Assembly: GCA_951406725.2 (NCBI GenBank) | Contig: OX597823.1 | Location: forward strand, 47,864,001 to 47,928,000 | Length of the DNA stretch: 64,000 bases | Source: Octopus vulgaris | Lineage: Eukaryota | Direction: 5' to 3' | Shown: piece by piece, positions 36,376 to 50,820 of the stretch | How positions within the stretch are numbered: position 1 is the first letter of the stretch | Layout of the letters: every line of letters begins with the position of its first letter | Translations under genes and position numbers: made by a program | The notes under the pieces: generated by a model | Databases searched by the model: none | What the model was told of the DNA's origin: nothing | The model's input: only the letters and a program-made list of their open reading frames with translations

Positions 36376-37314
36376 GTTTTCCTTCTGGTAACACCTGGTA
36401 AAATGCTGCCAGGAAGTGGGACCAAAACAAAATGAGAACAGACAAACAATAAATGGATAAACAAACAATACAGAAGTGGACACATGTAAATGAATAAATG
36501 TAATCCAAGACACGTATATATATTTATATATATACCACAATATAGAGAGCTAAAATGCTGCGTTAGTCATCCACTTCAAAGGGAAGACGAATAAATCAAT
36601 GATTATATTTTCACCTACACTCTTTAACATCTTTCTTTCAGTTATACTGAGATCAAATCTAGATCAGTAAATGAACTTGAACAAGCAAAAGAAGCAACTG
36701 TTAGGGTAATTCCAATGGAAGAACTACAGGCAATAACTGAAATCTTCTGCATGTGAGAGCTGCGAAGCACAGCACAGAAGCATCTCTGTGGTTGAGAAGC
36801 TTGCTTCCTACCCATATAGTTCAATCCCACAGCATGGTGCCTTGGGCTTGCGTCCAAGGTTCAATCCCACAGCATGGTACTTTGGACATGCGTCCAAAGT
36901 TTGATCCAACAGCATGGTACCTTGGATATGTGTCCAATGTACCATACTGTGGGGCCAACCAAAATCTTGTGCACCTAGGTCTGAGCTAAATCTTGAGAGT
37001 CGATTTGGTAAATAAATACCAGTTGAGCACTGGTGTTGATGTTTTCAACTAGCTCCCTCTTGCAAAATTTCAGATCTTGTTCCAACAGCAGAAAATATCA
37101 TTATGCAGGAAGAATCATTGAGCACATCAGACAAAATGCTTAGCGATATTTTTTCCTGCTCTTTCGCTTCAAGTTCAAATTCTACTGAAGTAGACTTTGT
37201 CATTCATCCTTTCTGGGTTGAAAACATAAGATACTAGTTGATTACAAGCTTGTAATCAACTAGCTCCCAGCCCCAAATTCCAGGCCTCGTGCCTAAATAA
37301 TTATAATTATTACT

Positions 37315-37702
37315 ATCATCCTCATCATCATCATGATCATTATTTTATTTACCTCACATTTGGTTAAAATGACATCATCATCATTATTTTATTTACCTCG
37401 CCTTCAGTTACAAATTGCTATTATCATCATCATCGTCATCATTATTTTATTTACCTCACCTTTGGTTAAAAATTGCTATTATCATCATCATCATCATCAT
37501 CATTATTTTATTTACCTCACCTTTGGTTAAAAATTGCTATTATCATCATCATCATCGTCATCATTATTTTTTTTACCTCACCTTTGGTTAAAAATTGCTA
37601 TTAACATCGTCATTATTTTATTTACCTCACCTTTGGTTAAAAATTGCTATTATCATCATCATTGTCATCATTATTTTATTTACCTCACCTTTGGTTAAAA
37701 TG
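37315..37702. repeat. Minisatellite, about 7 units of 45-60 bp
   Basis: (CAT)n-TATTTTATTTACCTCACCTTTGGTTAAAAATTGCTAT. Confidence 0.9.
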
Positions 37703-39529
37703 ACTTCACATATCCAAGCACTTACATAATTTATCTCATAGCTTGCTTATTGTGTTAAACGTTAATTTTAGGGATTTGTTGTATCATATTGTCTGCCCCA
37801 CCATTTTTTAGTCTATTGAAACATCAAAAAAAAAAGTCTTGATGCAGTCACTCCCCACACGATACTAGAAACGGTAGCCAAATCTTGCTCAAATCACATT
37901 ATGTTATTTTAAATGTGGAAGACATTAAAAGGTGTATGCCTGAAAAATGTCAGGGTGGTCATGAATGGAACATCTTCGATCATTATTCTACTTAATCAAG
38001 TCTGATCTCTGACTAAACAACAGCAACGAGCACTAATGATTGGATTCTCTGCATGGACACACTACATGTTGGAAATAACAGCGAAATCTCATTCAGGTCA
38101 AACCAAACTTCCTTTTAAAATATGGAAGGTCATATTGCATAATGCAATGTGACTTTCCATTTTTCTGTAAAACAGAACCAGTGAGACAGTCGGCCACATT
38201 CTGAAAAAGCCTTTTGATCTTCATAAGTCAGAACTGATCTAAATCTAAACAACAGCAACAACAACAACAACAACAACAACAACGAGTCCTAAAGTGTCAG
38301 TTGAATTGTATTCATGTCTAGCATGAAAGACATAAATGAACAGTGGTGTGTTGGTACTGAAGAACTCAGTTAGTTGGTCCTACTGTCTTGCAGATATACA
38401 ATGGATTACATGGAACCATTGTTCTGTTAGTTGTACTGTTAACATTTATTGATAACGTTATATATGGTTCATGACTTTTCTGCTTATGTAGGATTTCAAA
38501 TATTGATTATATCAATGTGCTTTATGAAACGCACAGAAATATTAAGAGAGAGAGAGAGATAGAACTGTGACGTGGAGACCCTGTGGGTAGGCTGGATCAA
38601 TGTCGTGTTGTTTATAGACAGAAAGGGAAAGAGAGAGAAAGGAAGAAACATTGAGTAGAAGACAAAGAGTCTGTGAGAAAGAGAGAGAGAGAGTATAAGT
38701 AATGTGTGTGTATAAATGCTGGTCTGTTTCTGGATGTGTGTGTGTATGTACGTGGACTTGTGTAAAAAAACATGAATTGTTAATGTTTCTAAACATTTTC
38801 ATGTGTGTGGGTGTGTGTGTGTATGTGTGTATGAGCAAACATTTGATTACATAAGTAAACAAACACTGTGTATGAATGTATGTAATTGCATATGTATGTG
38901 TGTGTGTATATATGTATACATATATATATATATGTCTATATATATGCATATATAAGTTTATGCATATGTTTCTATATATATATGTATGTGTGTGTGTGTG
39001 TGTATGTGAGAGAGACAGCGATCATACCACTGAAGGGGGTTAAACTTTCCTGTATGAATGAATACTCGGTGTTTTTCTTTCGTGGACATGTATGCTCATA
39101 TCAACATGTGCAATAGGCATCTGTCTTTGTATAACAAACGTATACATGCAAGCATGCATGTAAGTGTGAGTGCGTGTGTTCATGTAGGTGTGTGTACATA
39201 AGTCAGGGTACATAAAACTTCAATGTCTCTATCAATTTTAGACATTATTCATTGTTTGTGGTTCGATATTCCTGTATGAAGACATTATTACATGAAACTG
39301 CAGATATGAAAGACAATTTTTTGATTAAGTGAGCCCAAATACTAGATTTGAGTATTCTTTCATTAATTTAACAATTTCAGTCATTGGATTGCGGCCATGC
39401 TGGGGTACCACTGTATAATCCATGTCGACCCCAGCCCCAAGCATTTATTATAGCCTGGTATTTATCTCATTATGTTATAAGTATTGAGTGGCTAATAAAG
39501 AGACTTTTTTCACATAATGCTGCTTTTAA

Positions 39530-39749
39530 CCCTTTCGTTACTGTATTTATTTTGAAATGCTCTGTGTTTCTTTCAATTACTTCAAATATAACAAAGAATT
39601 TAGTAAAATAACTTAGTTATCATTAAGCTAGTGTTAGGAACATAAAGTGTGACTAAGGTTTGGTGGAAGATTTTAATTCAAAACTCATGAAAACAAGATA
39701 TTTGTACTCAGAGCCAGAGCTGGTTTCAGCCGGGTTGGTAACAAAAGGG
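39530..39749. mobile_element. piggyBac-type MITE
   Basis: TTAA-CCCTTTCGTTAC...GTAACAAAAGGG-TTAA. Confidence 0.8.
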
Positions 39750-39983
39750 TTAAATGTTGTATCAACCACATAAACACACATACAAGTACATATGTACACA
39801 AGCATATACATATTTATACATCACACTTAGGTGTGTGTGTGTGACCATGTGTAAATGTGTGTGTGAGGGGATATGGTGTGTGTGTTGTAGTTTACTCGTA
39901 GCATTATCTAGAAAATAGATATGTTACAAGTGAATTCAATGCAGATAGAATGTTAGATATATAAAATAACAGTAATAACAAAG

Positions 39984-40315
39984 GTATTGAAACGTTACCT
40001 TTGATATATTTAATTAGTGCTGATATTTCGAGTTAGAACTCCTTTTCAAGAGTTTTAAACAAGAAAGAGGAAAATTGTTGGATCCTTGTGTGTGATAATG
40101 GAATTACTATGCGTTTAAATGTGTCGATTTTGTGTAGCTGCACATTTTTATGCCTTTAAACATGTGTAATTCCATTATCACACACAAGGATTCGACTTTC
40201 CAGTGACTTTTGCACATGATTTATATATATATCTCATTCTTTAAAACCTTTGGAAAGCATTTCTAACTCAAAATATTAACACTAATTGAATATTTCAAAG
40301 GTAACATTTCAATAT
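39984..40315. repeat. Diverged fold-back palindrome
   Basis: Arms are reverse-complementary around about 40135. Confidence 0.75.
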
Positions 40316-40995
40316 TTTTATTTTTTGTTATTCTTTTTACTCGTTTCAGTTATTTGACTGCAGCCATGATGGAGCACCATCTTTAGTTGAACAAATCGAC
40401 CCCAGGACTTTTGCTCAACCGCTAGATTACAGTGATGCAAATACATCCACATCGGTTGACAAGCAATGGTGGGAGGACAAACACAGACACACACGCACAC
40501 ATACACACACACACATACACACACAAATATAAACATATATACAATCCAGTCATCTTTCACACGGAATTTCATCTTTTTCTAAACCATGACACTGAAGCGA
40601 CTTTATATATAACGGAACTGTGATTATATATATCAGAAAAAATATATAAGTCAAAACAATTAAATGGTTTTTACAATTATTTATGTTATATAATATTGTG
40701 TTATATTATATTCATAGTATTTAAAGTAATATTGTAATATAAATAAATTATTGGATTGTCAATAGTATATCTCTATATTTAATTTATCTTTATATGTGTG
40801 TATATATATATATATATATACACGATGATGATGATGATGACACACACACAACAGGCTTATTCCAGTTGCTATCTACCAAATCCACTCATAAGGTGCCATG
40901 AAGTGGGATTGAACCTGGAACCATGTGGATGGGGAACAAGCTTTTTACCACACAGTCATATCTATATATGTTTATATATATATATATATATGTTC

Positions 40996-41049
<54 letters not shown>

Positions 41050-42399
41050 TATTTACAGTGCTAAGTCTTTCTACAATGCATCCTCAATGCATCAAGCAAA
41101 CTACAACACTTGTAGGTGTGTATATGTTATTAGCACATTTATTTTTCTACACACACACACATGTCTGCATAGATATATATTTGTGAGTACAGTATGCATC
41201 TATTTTACCTCCCTTGAGTTTTCAGGGCTTTATTTTTTTACAGTGCGTGTGCAGAAGGTGACTGTCACTTTTGCCATGTACACCTTCTTTTCTTAACCCA
41301 TATTGTGATTAGAAGTACACATTTAAAGAATTCTTGTTTGAAGCATTTCATTTCCCATTTTAAAAATCAGTATAATTACAAATGTAGTTTGCCCCTTCTT
41401 CAATTCAAACTTTGTCCTTTTTAACATCCTTTTATTATTATAATTTTTCTTCCTCAGTCATCTCTTTTCAAATATCTGACAATTTCAATATTTTTTATCG
41501 TTTTCATCACACAGTTTCCCCATCACCATTTCTGTTTTCATGCTTCAGTTATTGAAGTATTGTGAATAATTATCAAACAATATTATTTTATTCCATTTCA
41601 GTGTTTGTTGTCTTTTGCTATTAAATTATTACTAGATTATCTTTTTCAGTGCATATCTCATTATACATAGAGGAATTAGGCTTCTCAAAGCCAGAGAGGA
41701 GAAAGCTGATTTGAAGCCTATAGTTCCAAGCCATCACTGGAACTGTAAAACTCTATAAAACTTTCCAGAAGTTTATCATTCAAGTATATATGAGCATGTC
41801 TAGACATGCAACTATATGCGTGAGAATATATATACAAAACAAGACATACAAATCTGCATGTATACATTCATCCATCCATACATACATACAAAAATAGCCT
41901 GTTGATGTTTCTAACAATTCAGTGAAGGATCCTTGGTTCTAGGTTAGGAACTGGCTTCTCTGTTGGCAAGAATCTTGAAATAAAATAAAACTGAAAAATC
42001 ACAGACACACACAAATACATGTGTGTGTTGTTCTAATGTTGTCTCATAGCTGTAAGGCCTTTATTTTATATGTATATTTATATTTATACTAACTGCCTGT
42101 ATCCAACTTATTTTTATCAGCATCTTTTACACTCTCTCGTTTATTCCTGTTGCTGTTTACGCCACCAAAATAAACAATATTATCATTAAAGGCATGAAAT
42201 TGTTATAATTAAAGAACATGTCCATGTTGGTGTGTGAATTTTCCATGTGTTCCTTTGTCATCCTTAAGTGCAATTTTTAAATCTTATTTTATGTATGCGT
42301 GCGCGTGTGTGTTTGTGTGTGTGTGTGTGTGTGTGTTTGTGTGTGTGTGTTATGCTGAACAATTAACACTCTTGCTTTCTGCATTCTGTGTTCTTATTT

Positions 42400-42632
42400 C
42401 TTATTTCTTTACTACACACAAGGGGCTACACACAGAGGGGACATACAAGGACAAACAAACAGATTAAGCCAATAACATCGACCCCAGTGCATAACTGGTA
42501 CTTATTTAATCGACCCCGAAAGGATGAAAGGCAAAGTCAACTTCGGAGGAATTTGAACTCAGAACGTAGCAGCAGACGAAATACCGCTAAGCATTTCGCC
42601 CGGCGTGCTAACGTTTCTGCCAGCTTGCCGCC
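42400..42632 (-). mobile_element. SINE family C
   Basis: Reverse complement of 18703-18931. Confidence 0.9.
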
Positions 42633-43653
42633 TGTGTTCTGTATATTTGTTGGCCATTTCCAGTATACACCTCCTATTCTACTTCACATTCTATACTTCA
42701 GTATATTTCATCACCAAAATATTGCATAAATTTTAATTATTGCAAATTCTCTTCCTGCATTGGTTACTCAATATGCTAGAAATAGTCATTACATTCCTAT
42801 CAAATCAAAATACTATCCAACTCTGTGCATTGTAAATGCACAGGAAGATGACTCAGTTGTCATGCTACAAGCTAGAAACAGCAGTCACTTCATCTAAAAA
42901 TCCACACGTAAAACCTAAAATAAGATTACCAATGGTTTTCTTAAACTGAAGTTATCTCAAGCATTCCGTTCCTCCCCTCCCCTCCACCCCTCGGTCAGTA
43001 CTGAAAGAAGAAATACATTCTTCTGTGAATAATAAAAAAATAAAGCAAAAACTCCTGTGAAAATCAAATAATCATAAAACATTTCGTTTCACTCGGTCGT
43101 TACTATAACAACAATAATTTATTTGTTAATGAAATATTTTTATTTAGAAAATGTACTTTTTGTCTTCATTCTTCCCAACACAGATACGTCATCACAGACA
43201 TCTTCTTTTCATCATCCTCATCATCATCATCATCATCATCATCAACAAGAACAAGAACAACAGCAACACATGGCAGCAATATCACGTCTTCACACTGCAC
43301 CATGGCATCAATTCATTATTTTGATAAGAGTACACACACACTTGTCCATAACTCATTTGTCGATAAATTACATAGATTGCATCGGAATACTTATAACATT
43401 TTGAACCAATATTGAAATACTCTACATCAAATTTCATACTTAAAAGTGTCTCTGCATTCACTTGTGCTACGAAGTACCAAACACACATATATGGGTTCAG
43501 TTGTAATAACAGGAACCAAAACCAGGAGAAGGTTAAGACAGCTAATAAAAGCAATTGAAAATGGTAAATGAAATTGATACAGGTGTAACTATTATCTTAA
43601 CCATTTGCCAAACAAGTCCATGAATCCTTTCTATATATATATATGCATATATA

Positions 43654-44049
43654 TCTTTATATATAAAATTGAAGTTGTGTGTCTGTCTCCTACGATTTAG
43701 ATTCCTAACTACTCCCACATTTTGCGGTGCAGTGTAACAAAAAGCGGGTATCCTATAGTCGTGATTCATATCGAGCCCTTCTGGGTATTAGTGCACGTCT
43801 ACGATGAGTCTACGATTTAAAAAAAAAATTACCATCATTTTGTCCCATTTTTTAATGCATTTTTTTGCTATTATATAAGGGAAGTAACTCTCTAAAAATG
43901 TATTATTAAATCTCAGAACGTAAAAAGCTACAGTAACAGCCCCCTTTGTGGTTAGCCATATGGAGATGGCTATTATACTTTACATCTCTAAAAATGCTTA
44001 TATAGTTATTTCCCTTACAAACCCGAGCAACGCCGGACAATACTGCTAG
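43654..44049 (+). mobile_element. Non-autonomous Helitron
   Basis: 5' TC; 3' imperfect hairpin CCCGAGCAACGCCGG then CTAG; inserted between A and T. Confidence 0.8.
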
Positions 44050-44065
44050 TATATATATATATATA

Positions 44066-44259
44066 TATATATTTAGTGAGGGAAGAAATGGAGCTGAACG
44101 AAGATTTTACAAAATTCATTTTTATTATTTTCTACACATGTTTCAAAGGCTGCAAATTCCCTAGGGAATTTGCAACCTTTGAAACATGTGTAGAAAATAA
44201 TAAAAAGGAATTTTGTAAAATCTTCGTTCAGCTCCATTTCTTCCCTCACTAAATATATA
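44066..44259. repeat. Near-perfect 190-bp palindrome, probably a Penelope pLTR inversion
   Basis: Centre TTCCCT|AGGGAA; arm contains GAAAC-ATGT-GTA, a hammerhead stem III-like motif. Confidence 0.85.
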
Positions 44260-44402
44260 AAACTTCAATTATCCGCACTAAGGCACGGTTGCGATACCCC
44301 ATGGTCGTAACCTCAACCGTGATTTTTCTGTTGTGATTTTTGCTACCCAGGTATCGGTTATAATTTGAATAATCCGTAACAAGATAATTCATTTATCCAT
44401 TT

Positions 44403-44438
<36 letters not shown>

Positions 44439-44773
44439 CAAATTAGTTTTTCACCACATTTCTTAAAAATTGTGGGAGAGGCCTTGGTCTCGGGACCACT
44501 CATGTCTAGAAAACTGGGGTTGGGGGTTGGTTGCTATACCATTGAGGTAGACTTAAAAAGTCACAAAAGCACTGGCTTTTGAGTAGTTTTAACTCCTATT
44601 TTTAGCAAAAGCAGTGCTAGCCAGTACCCTCTGTCACTTTTGTGACCTCTATTAATATATATTTATGTGTGTGCGTGTGTGTGTTTGTGTGTATATATAT
44701 ATATATGTATGTATATATGTATGTATATATATATAAATATATATATGTATGTATGTATGTATGTATATATAAA

Positions 44774-44806
<33 letters not shown>

Positions 44807-44870
44807 ATATAAATATATATATGTATGTATGTATATATATATATATATGTATGTATATATATATGTATGT

Positions 44871-45175
44871 GGAGGCACATGGCCTAGTGGTTAGAGCAGT
44901 AGACTCGCGGTCGAGGGATCGTGGGTTCGAATCTTGGACCAGGCGATGTGTGTGTTTATGAGTGAAACACCTAAGCCCCACGTGGCTCTGGCAGAAGGTA
45001 ATGACGAACTTCTGCTGACTCTTTTGCCACAACTTTCTCTCTCTTTTTCCTCCTGCATCTTGCAGCTCACCTGCAGCAAATGGCATCCTGTCCAGGTGGG
45101 GAACCTATAAACCAAGGAAACCGAGAAACTAGCCCTTATGAGCCAGGCATGGCTCGAGAAGGAACAAACAACAAC
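44871..45175 (+). mobile_element. SINE family D variant
   Basis: Similar to 20200-20500. Confidence 0.85.
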
Positions 45176-45183
45176 AATGTATA

Positions 45184-45585
45184 TGCATAAACTTAGAAAC
45201 ATTAGTAATGAAATTAGAGAAACTACTAGAATTCAACAATGGAATAACAGCTTCAGAACATTAATAATTATAATAAGGCTAAATTTATCCAGTTTGATAT
45301 TATAGACTTTTATCCCTCTATATCTAGATTACTGCTTAAAAAAGCTATTGAATTTGCTAAACCATAGGTTGATATTGATCTTATGGGCCTAGATATTATT
45401 AGACATGCGAGGAAAACACTACTATTCACTAAAGGGTTAGCACGGGTAAAAAACAGTCACATAATGACAAACTATTTGATGTATCTATGGGCTTATATGA
45501 TAGTGCTGACGCCTGTGATCTTGTGGGTCTGCTTATATTAAATACATTGAGATATAAGTACCCATCTCATGACTTTTGTCTATAC
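45184..45585 (+). pseudogene. Penelope (Neptune-like) reverse transcriptase fragment
   Basis: FIQFDIIDFYPSI; RKTLLF; LFDVSMGLYDSADACDLVGLLIL. Confidence 0.85.
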
Positions 45586-46204
45586 TCAATCTAGACAGAT
45601 GCCGGAACACCGACAAAAGTATAACAGTCACAATTGAGGCCAATGAAAGAAATTTGAGTAATTTTATAGAATTAAGGAAGCTATACTCATACACAGACTA
45701 GGGCCCCAAATTAACAACAGGCTGGAGGCTGGTAATCAATACATTATTTAGATACATCTGGATGCGTGTAGGTTCATTTTTGATAACATGCTAATCTGTA
45801 GTTTTTAACAAAAAAAAAAAAAGAAGAGAAGAGAAAAAAAGAAGGGAGAAAAGAAGCTGCATGTATAATACATAACTTAGAAGCAGCGCTACGGATGTGA
45901 CAACACACACGAGATTGAGACATGGCCAACCTCACACACTTATCATTAGGAATTCCAGAAGGAGCATCGTGAGACCACTGCTGAAACGCTTTCAAAAAAT
46001 AACAAAGAAAAGCCATTAGAAAACCAATTATAGCAGCGACTCCATCTAAGAATATCTGGAGAAGGAATATTATTCCGAAACATCATATCAGACTATGGAT
46101 GACTAAATTACAGCAGGTAAATAGCCCATTGTCTGTATTATAGTGCATTGTTGTACCATTCAAAACTTTTTATTCTTTACGAAAAAATATTGTTTATAGT
46201 TTTT

Positions 46205-46590
46205 TTTATTTGCATGTAATAATGTTCGTCCTTCGGGTTCGAAGATGACCATTGACATTATTTGGTGGAATTGCTGCTATGAGACCGGAGGTGGCTGGTG
46301 AGGCCAATCCGGGCAAGGAAGCCCCTCCCACAGGTGGGGCAGAACTGGGTAGGGGCTGTGCTATTGGTGCAGGTGGCTCTGGCTTTCCGCATCTGGCGTT
46401 TCTGTTCTGCTGACTGAATCCGTCTCTCCTCGGCTGTCTTTGCTCCTGTGGTTTATCTGGCGCTCGTGCCTTCGGTAAGCAGTCCACGTCTCGCAGCCGT
46501 ATAGTAGGGTGGTAAGCACGACTGCCCAGTAGACTTTCAGCTTGGTGTTGAGGCTGATTCCTCTCCGCTCCCAGACTTTCTTTCGCAGTC
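46205..46590 (-). mobile_element. RTE (BovB-like) LINE 3' fragment, internally deleted
   Basis: VWERRGISLNTKLKVYWAVVLTTLLYGCETWTAYRRH joined to CPTCGRGFLARIGLTSHLRSH (C2H2). Confidence 0.85.
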
Positions 46591-46624
46591 AGGGTAAGTT
46601 TATAAGGCTGTAGTAGTCAGCAGT

Positions 46625-47340
46625 TTAGTAGTTCAAATAGAAAGACAGGGATGAATGCTCACACACTCTTATATGTATGTCTGTTAAGAAAAGCCACTTG
46701 TTAGAAATTGAAGCCATACAGTGTGTGTGGAAGCAGCCGAAAACTGACCACTGATTTCTCTTAGAGTTCCTATTTATAACTTTGGGAAAAACTGAACGTG
46801 TGTTCGAGAACAAAGCAATATAATATGTCTTATCTATCATAATCTCCAAATGACCATAGAATTCTAACTCAAACAAAGGAACCAAGATAAGTTTGACAGA
46901 TGACCTCATAAATTTCTGAGTACTAACATCGAGAAACAAAGAAAAAGATCTCATAAGAGAATCTAGGTTAAGGTTTCGATTCTTGGCTATGATTCCATGA
47001 AACGATCTCTTACACATTGCTATGTTCAGCAACAGTGCATACAAATGTTGGCATATTTTCATTCATTACATTATACACATTACATTGGAATGCTTTCAAG
47101 AATCCCAGCACATATTTTCAAAACTTCTCTTTCACAGGATTTAGCATACACTTCCTTACTAATGTCTGAACAAGGCCTACAGGTGTAGTAGGATGAGAGA
47201 ACAACTCAGGCTGCTGTTCACAGAACACAAAGACTGCTCAAAGGCAGAAAAACAAGAGCTTTCATGATGCAAATATCAATGGCTGCTTCAGACGAAATCC
47301 ACTCAGGCTCTGTCCAAATATCGAGACGATCAATGATTTT
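46625..47340 (-). mobile_element. Heavily degraded L1/Tx1-like ORF2 remnant
   Basis: SRYLDR and SD-like endonuclease motif remnants only. Confidence 0.3.
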
Positions 47341-47899
47341 AGAGAAGATAGAATTCAAATAAACAGTATGACAAAAATAAATTAGAAATGCTCTAATTGC
47401 GATGCATTTACTTAGTTAAAGGAAAGAAAGAAAGAAAGAAAGAAAGAACGAAAGAGCTACCACAGACAGTGTCAGATTTGAGATGTAATAACAGATAAGT
47501 GCATTCAACATCTATTCTTCGTTTACTTCCCAAGCTTAAGAAACCCTATATTTCAACCAACTGCTGTTGTGTTGAATTCAGACCTAATATTTTAACTTTC
47601 ACAGCAACAGATTCCACAGGCACTAAAAGGCAGAATCACAATAGATGTATATACACATGAAATACAATGATATATATATACATATGTATATACAAAGGAA
47701 ACAGAATCAAGTCTTTGTTTGATGGTCTTCACATTTAATTCATCCCTCAATCAACAACCACTATTTGCTAAATATACATTTATGACAGCATATTAACTAT
47801 TCGATCAATGAAATAGTAATACAAAACAGACTACACTTGGATGTCATGGGATCTCTTTATTTTATTTATATGTACATGTGATGTTTGCATGCATGTGCA

Positions 47900-48230
47900 A
47901 CTGGCTGGAAGTGAGGGACATCCAAGCTGCTGTTACAGCATCCTTCTGGGAGCAAGATACTCTGATGCAAACCCTACAATTTCACATGGTTACTGGTCAT
48001 CTTGTTCGGCCTCTCACTAGGTATTATTCACAGACTCAGACTGGTACTCTTATAGTATGAGCATTTATCACTACAGGTATTTCTTTATGATGATCTTATT
48101 TATCGTTTGTCATTCTATCTACTGAAACTCCTACAGTAATGAAAGAGTTGCAATATATGCAGACCTGACCAGTTGGAAGCACACAATTACAAAGCAGAAG
48201 GACTGAACAGTCATCTGGGAGGTCATGGAT
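47900..48230 (+). mobile_element. Degraded Gypsy pol remnant
   Basis: DIQAA...DTLMQTL...VMKEL pattern resembles the region upstream of integrase. Confidence 0.3.
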
Positions 48231-48332
48231 AGAAAGTCAAAAAATACCATTGACAATGAGGAAGCACAGAGAGACAGCAATCAACTTTGAAGATCGAGCA
48301 ATCATTATATATGTATGCACATATGTATGTGT

Positions 48333-48585
48333 GGAGGCACGTGGTTTAGTGGTTAGGGTGTCAGCACCATGATCGTAATATTGTGGTTTCAATTCCTGGA
48401 CCGGGCGACGCATTGTGTTCTTGAGCAAAACACTTCATTTCATGTTGCTCCAGTCCACTCAGCTGGCAAAAATGAGTAACACTGTGATGGACTGGGGTCC
48501 TGTCCAGCTGGGGAACGCATACGCCATTGAAACTGGGAAACTGGGCCCATGAGCCTGGCTAGGCTTTAAAAAGGGCGCATTTATT
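48333..48585 (+). mobile_element. tRNA-derived SINE (CORE-like body)
   Basis: tRNA head, TTCTTGAGCAAAACACTT core, tail shared with 35585. Confidence 0.8.
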
Positions 48586-48735
48586 TTTATTTTTACATAT
48601 GTATGTATATATGTATGTATGCATGTATGTATGCATGTATGTATTACATACGCACATACGTATGTATTATATTGGACTGCTACATATAAATAGTCAATAG
48701 ACAACATATTCTTATTTTAAAATAGTGTACATTTA

Positions 48736-48990
48736 AACACAAGAGAAAACTACCTTTTAACAGGTAATTTCTACATGCTAGAAGAAGCATCCAAAACGGC
48801 CAAAACCACAATTTAATAGCAATTTTCAAAGGAGATGAAAAATAAAAACATTTACCTTGTTATTTTTACGCGGTTATACCATGGTTTCAAATTTCTTTAG
48901 CAAATACTATTATCGTGGTTTTGCCCGTTTTGGCTGCTTGTTCTAGCATGTAAAAATTACCTGTTAAAGGGTAGTTTTCTCTTGTGTTTA
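48736..48990. repeat. Fold-back palindrome
   Basis: AAACACAAGAGAAAACTACC... / ...GGTAGTTTTCTCTTGTGTTT. Confidence 0.8.
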
Positions 48991-50509
48991 TATATATATA
49001 TATATATAATCACGTGGAGAGGAGTGTTACACTCATGATCACGAGGTCGAGTTTTCTATTCCCAAGCTGGCAGCATATTGCGTTCTTGAGCAAACCACTT
49101 CATTTTACATTGCTCCATTTCACTCAGCTGTAAATGGATAACCCTGCAATGGACTAGCTCGCCTAACCAGCCGGGTGCCATCATTCAGAAGCTAAAACGA
49201 TGCAAGGTGCATTATGATGAGCAAGATAAAATGACATCTGATAGTCTGGTCTATCACGTGATATATTTACACGCATGCACATATACATACACACACATAT
49301 ATACATACATATATACACACATACATACATACATGAATACACACACACACACACACATACACGCACAAACATACAAACATGCATACATACATACATACAT
49401 ACATACATACATACATACACACATACATATGTTGAACTGTTCATACCAACACATTTTCTTTCTTTTTTCCATATTTTACATCTCAGTCCTTTCAGTTGAA
49501 GAGTGTAAGCTTGAAACATCAAAGACTATTCCATTTTTTCCGAGCATCAAACTAATACACCTGCTTGCTGTTCTATCACCTGTCTTAGTCTTTTGTTTTC
49601 TGTAAATTTGAATCATACATACATGCATACATGCATACATACATACATACATACATACATACATACATACATACATACATACATACATACATACACGCAT
49701 GCATGCATGCCTGCATACACACAGTGAGAACTGTTCTAGTTAATGGAGATTCCGGTGGTCATTGAAAGTAGCAAGAAACTGACAACAAATTGTTTTTATG
49801 GAAAGAAATTTTAAAATAAACTATTGTGTATTTTAATGCATGCTTATTTGTGCAACTAACTGTCATCAAGCAATGTCGGCATCACTACCACCACCACTAC
49901 CACCACCACCACCATCACCACCACCACTACAACCATCATCATCATCATCGTCATCACTATTATCACTTAACATTAGAAGCTCTTATTTTCTCTTATTTCT
50001 TTTTCTAGTTTTCTTTATTTCTCTCTCTCTCTTCCTCTCTTTTACATAAATGCTAATCTCCTCACTCGCTCTCTTTCCCTTCCTCTCTCTCTCATTCTGT
50101 ATCCTTTTCCACTCACTATTATCAAAGCCAGCCTCATCATCATCGCCTCTGCCACCACCACATCCATAATTAGTAACTGTTTCAATTTTTATCTTATTTG
50201 AATTGCTTCCCTTAGTATGACATAAAAGTAGGCAAGTAGGTAGGATCGTACTATTGTATAATGTGAAATAGAAATGAATTTCACTTACTTTCAGAGAATA
50301 GACTGCCTATTGCAAGAAACCTAAAGTAATGTCAGCACTAAAAAAGAAAAATCAACAAATAATTCAAGCCATGAGTGATTAGAAATTTGTTACAGCTTAA
50401 TGTGAAAGCCTCTATATGACTGCTCGACTGACTAGAAATAACAGCCAATACTTTTATATGCCATCTACTGGAAAGAAATATTGAGTAATGTAAACTTAGA
50501 TATGCTATG

Positions 50510-50567
50510 TCAAAAAAAGAGAAAAAAAGGAAGAAAGAAAGAAAGAAAAGACGGAAGGAAGGAAGAC

Positions 50568-50598
<31 letters not shown>

Positions 50599-50820
50599 AT
50601 GAATGAAAGAAAGAAAGGAAGGAAGAAAGAAAGAAAGAAAGAAAGAAAGGAAGAACAAAAAAGAATGAAAGAAAGAAGGAAAGAACTAATGAATGAATGA
50701 ATGAAAGGAATGAAGGAGGAAGGAAAGAATGAATGAATGAATGAAGGAAGAAAGGAAGGAAGGAAGAAAGACAGAAAGAAAGACAGAAAGAGCAAAAGGA
50801 AGGAAGACAGAAAAGAATAA
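50510..50820. repeat. (GAAA)/(GGAA)/(GAAT) purine-rich tract
   Basis: Direct reading. Confidence 0.9.

Noticed and set aside
37315-37702. Regular repeat with variable spacers
   Set aside because: The spacers are only (CAT)n length variants, so it is an ordinary minisatellite.
43123-43404. His/Gln-rich ORF after a C-rich promoter-like stretch
   Set aside because: Driven by triplet repeats; no domain or convincing splice donor.
46206-46487. Pro-rich ORF that looks like a host exon
   Set aside because: It is an alternative frame of an RTE LINE C-terminus (YGCETW motif and C2H2 finger).
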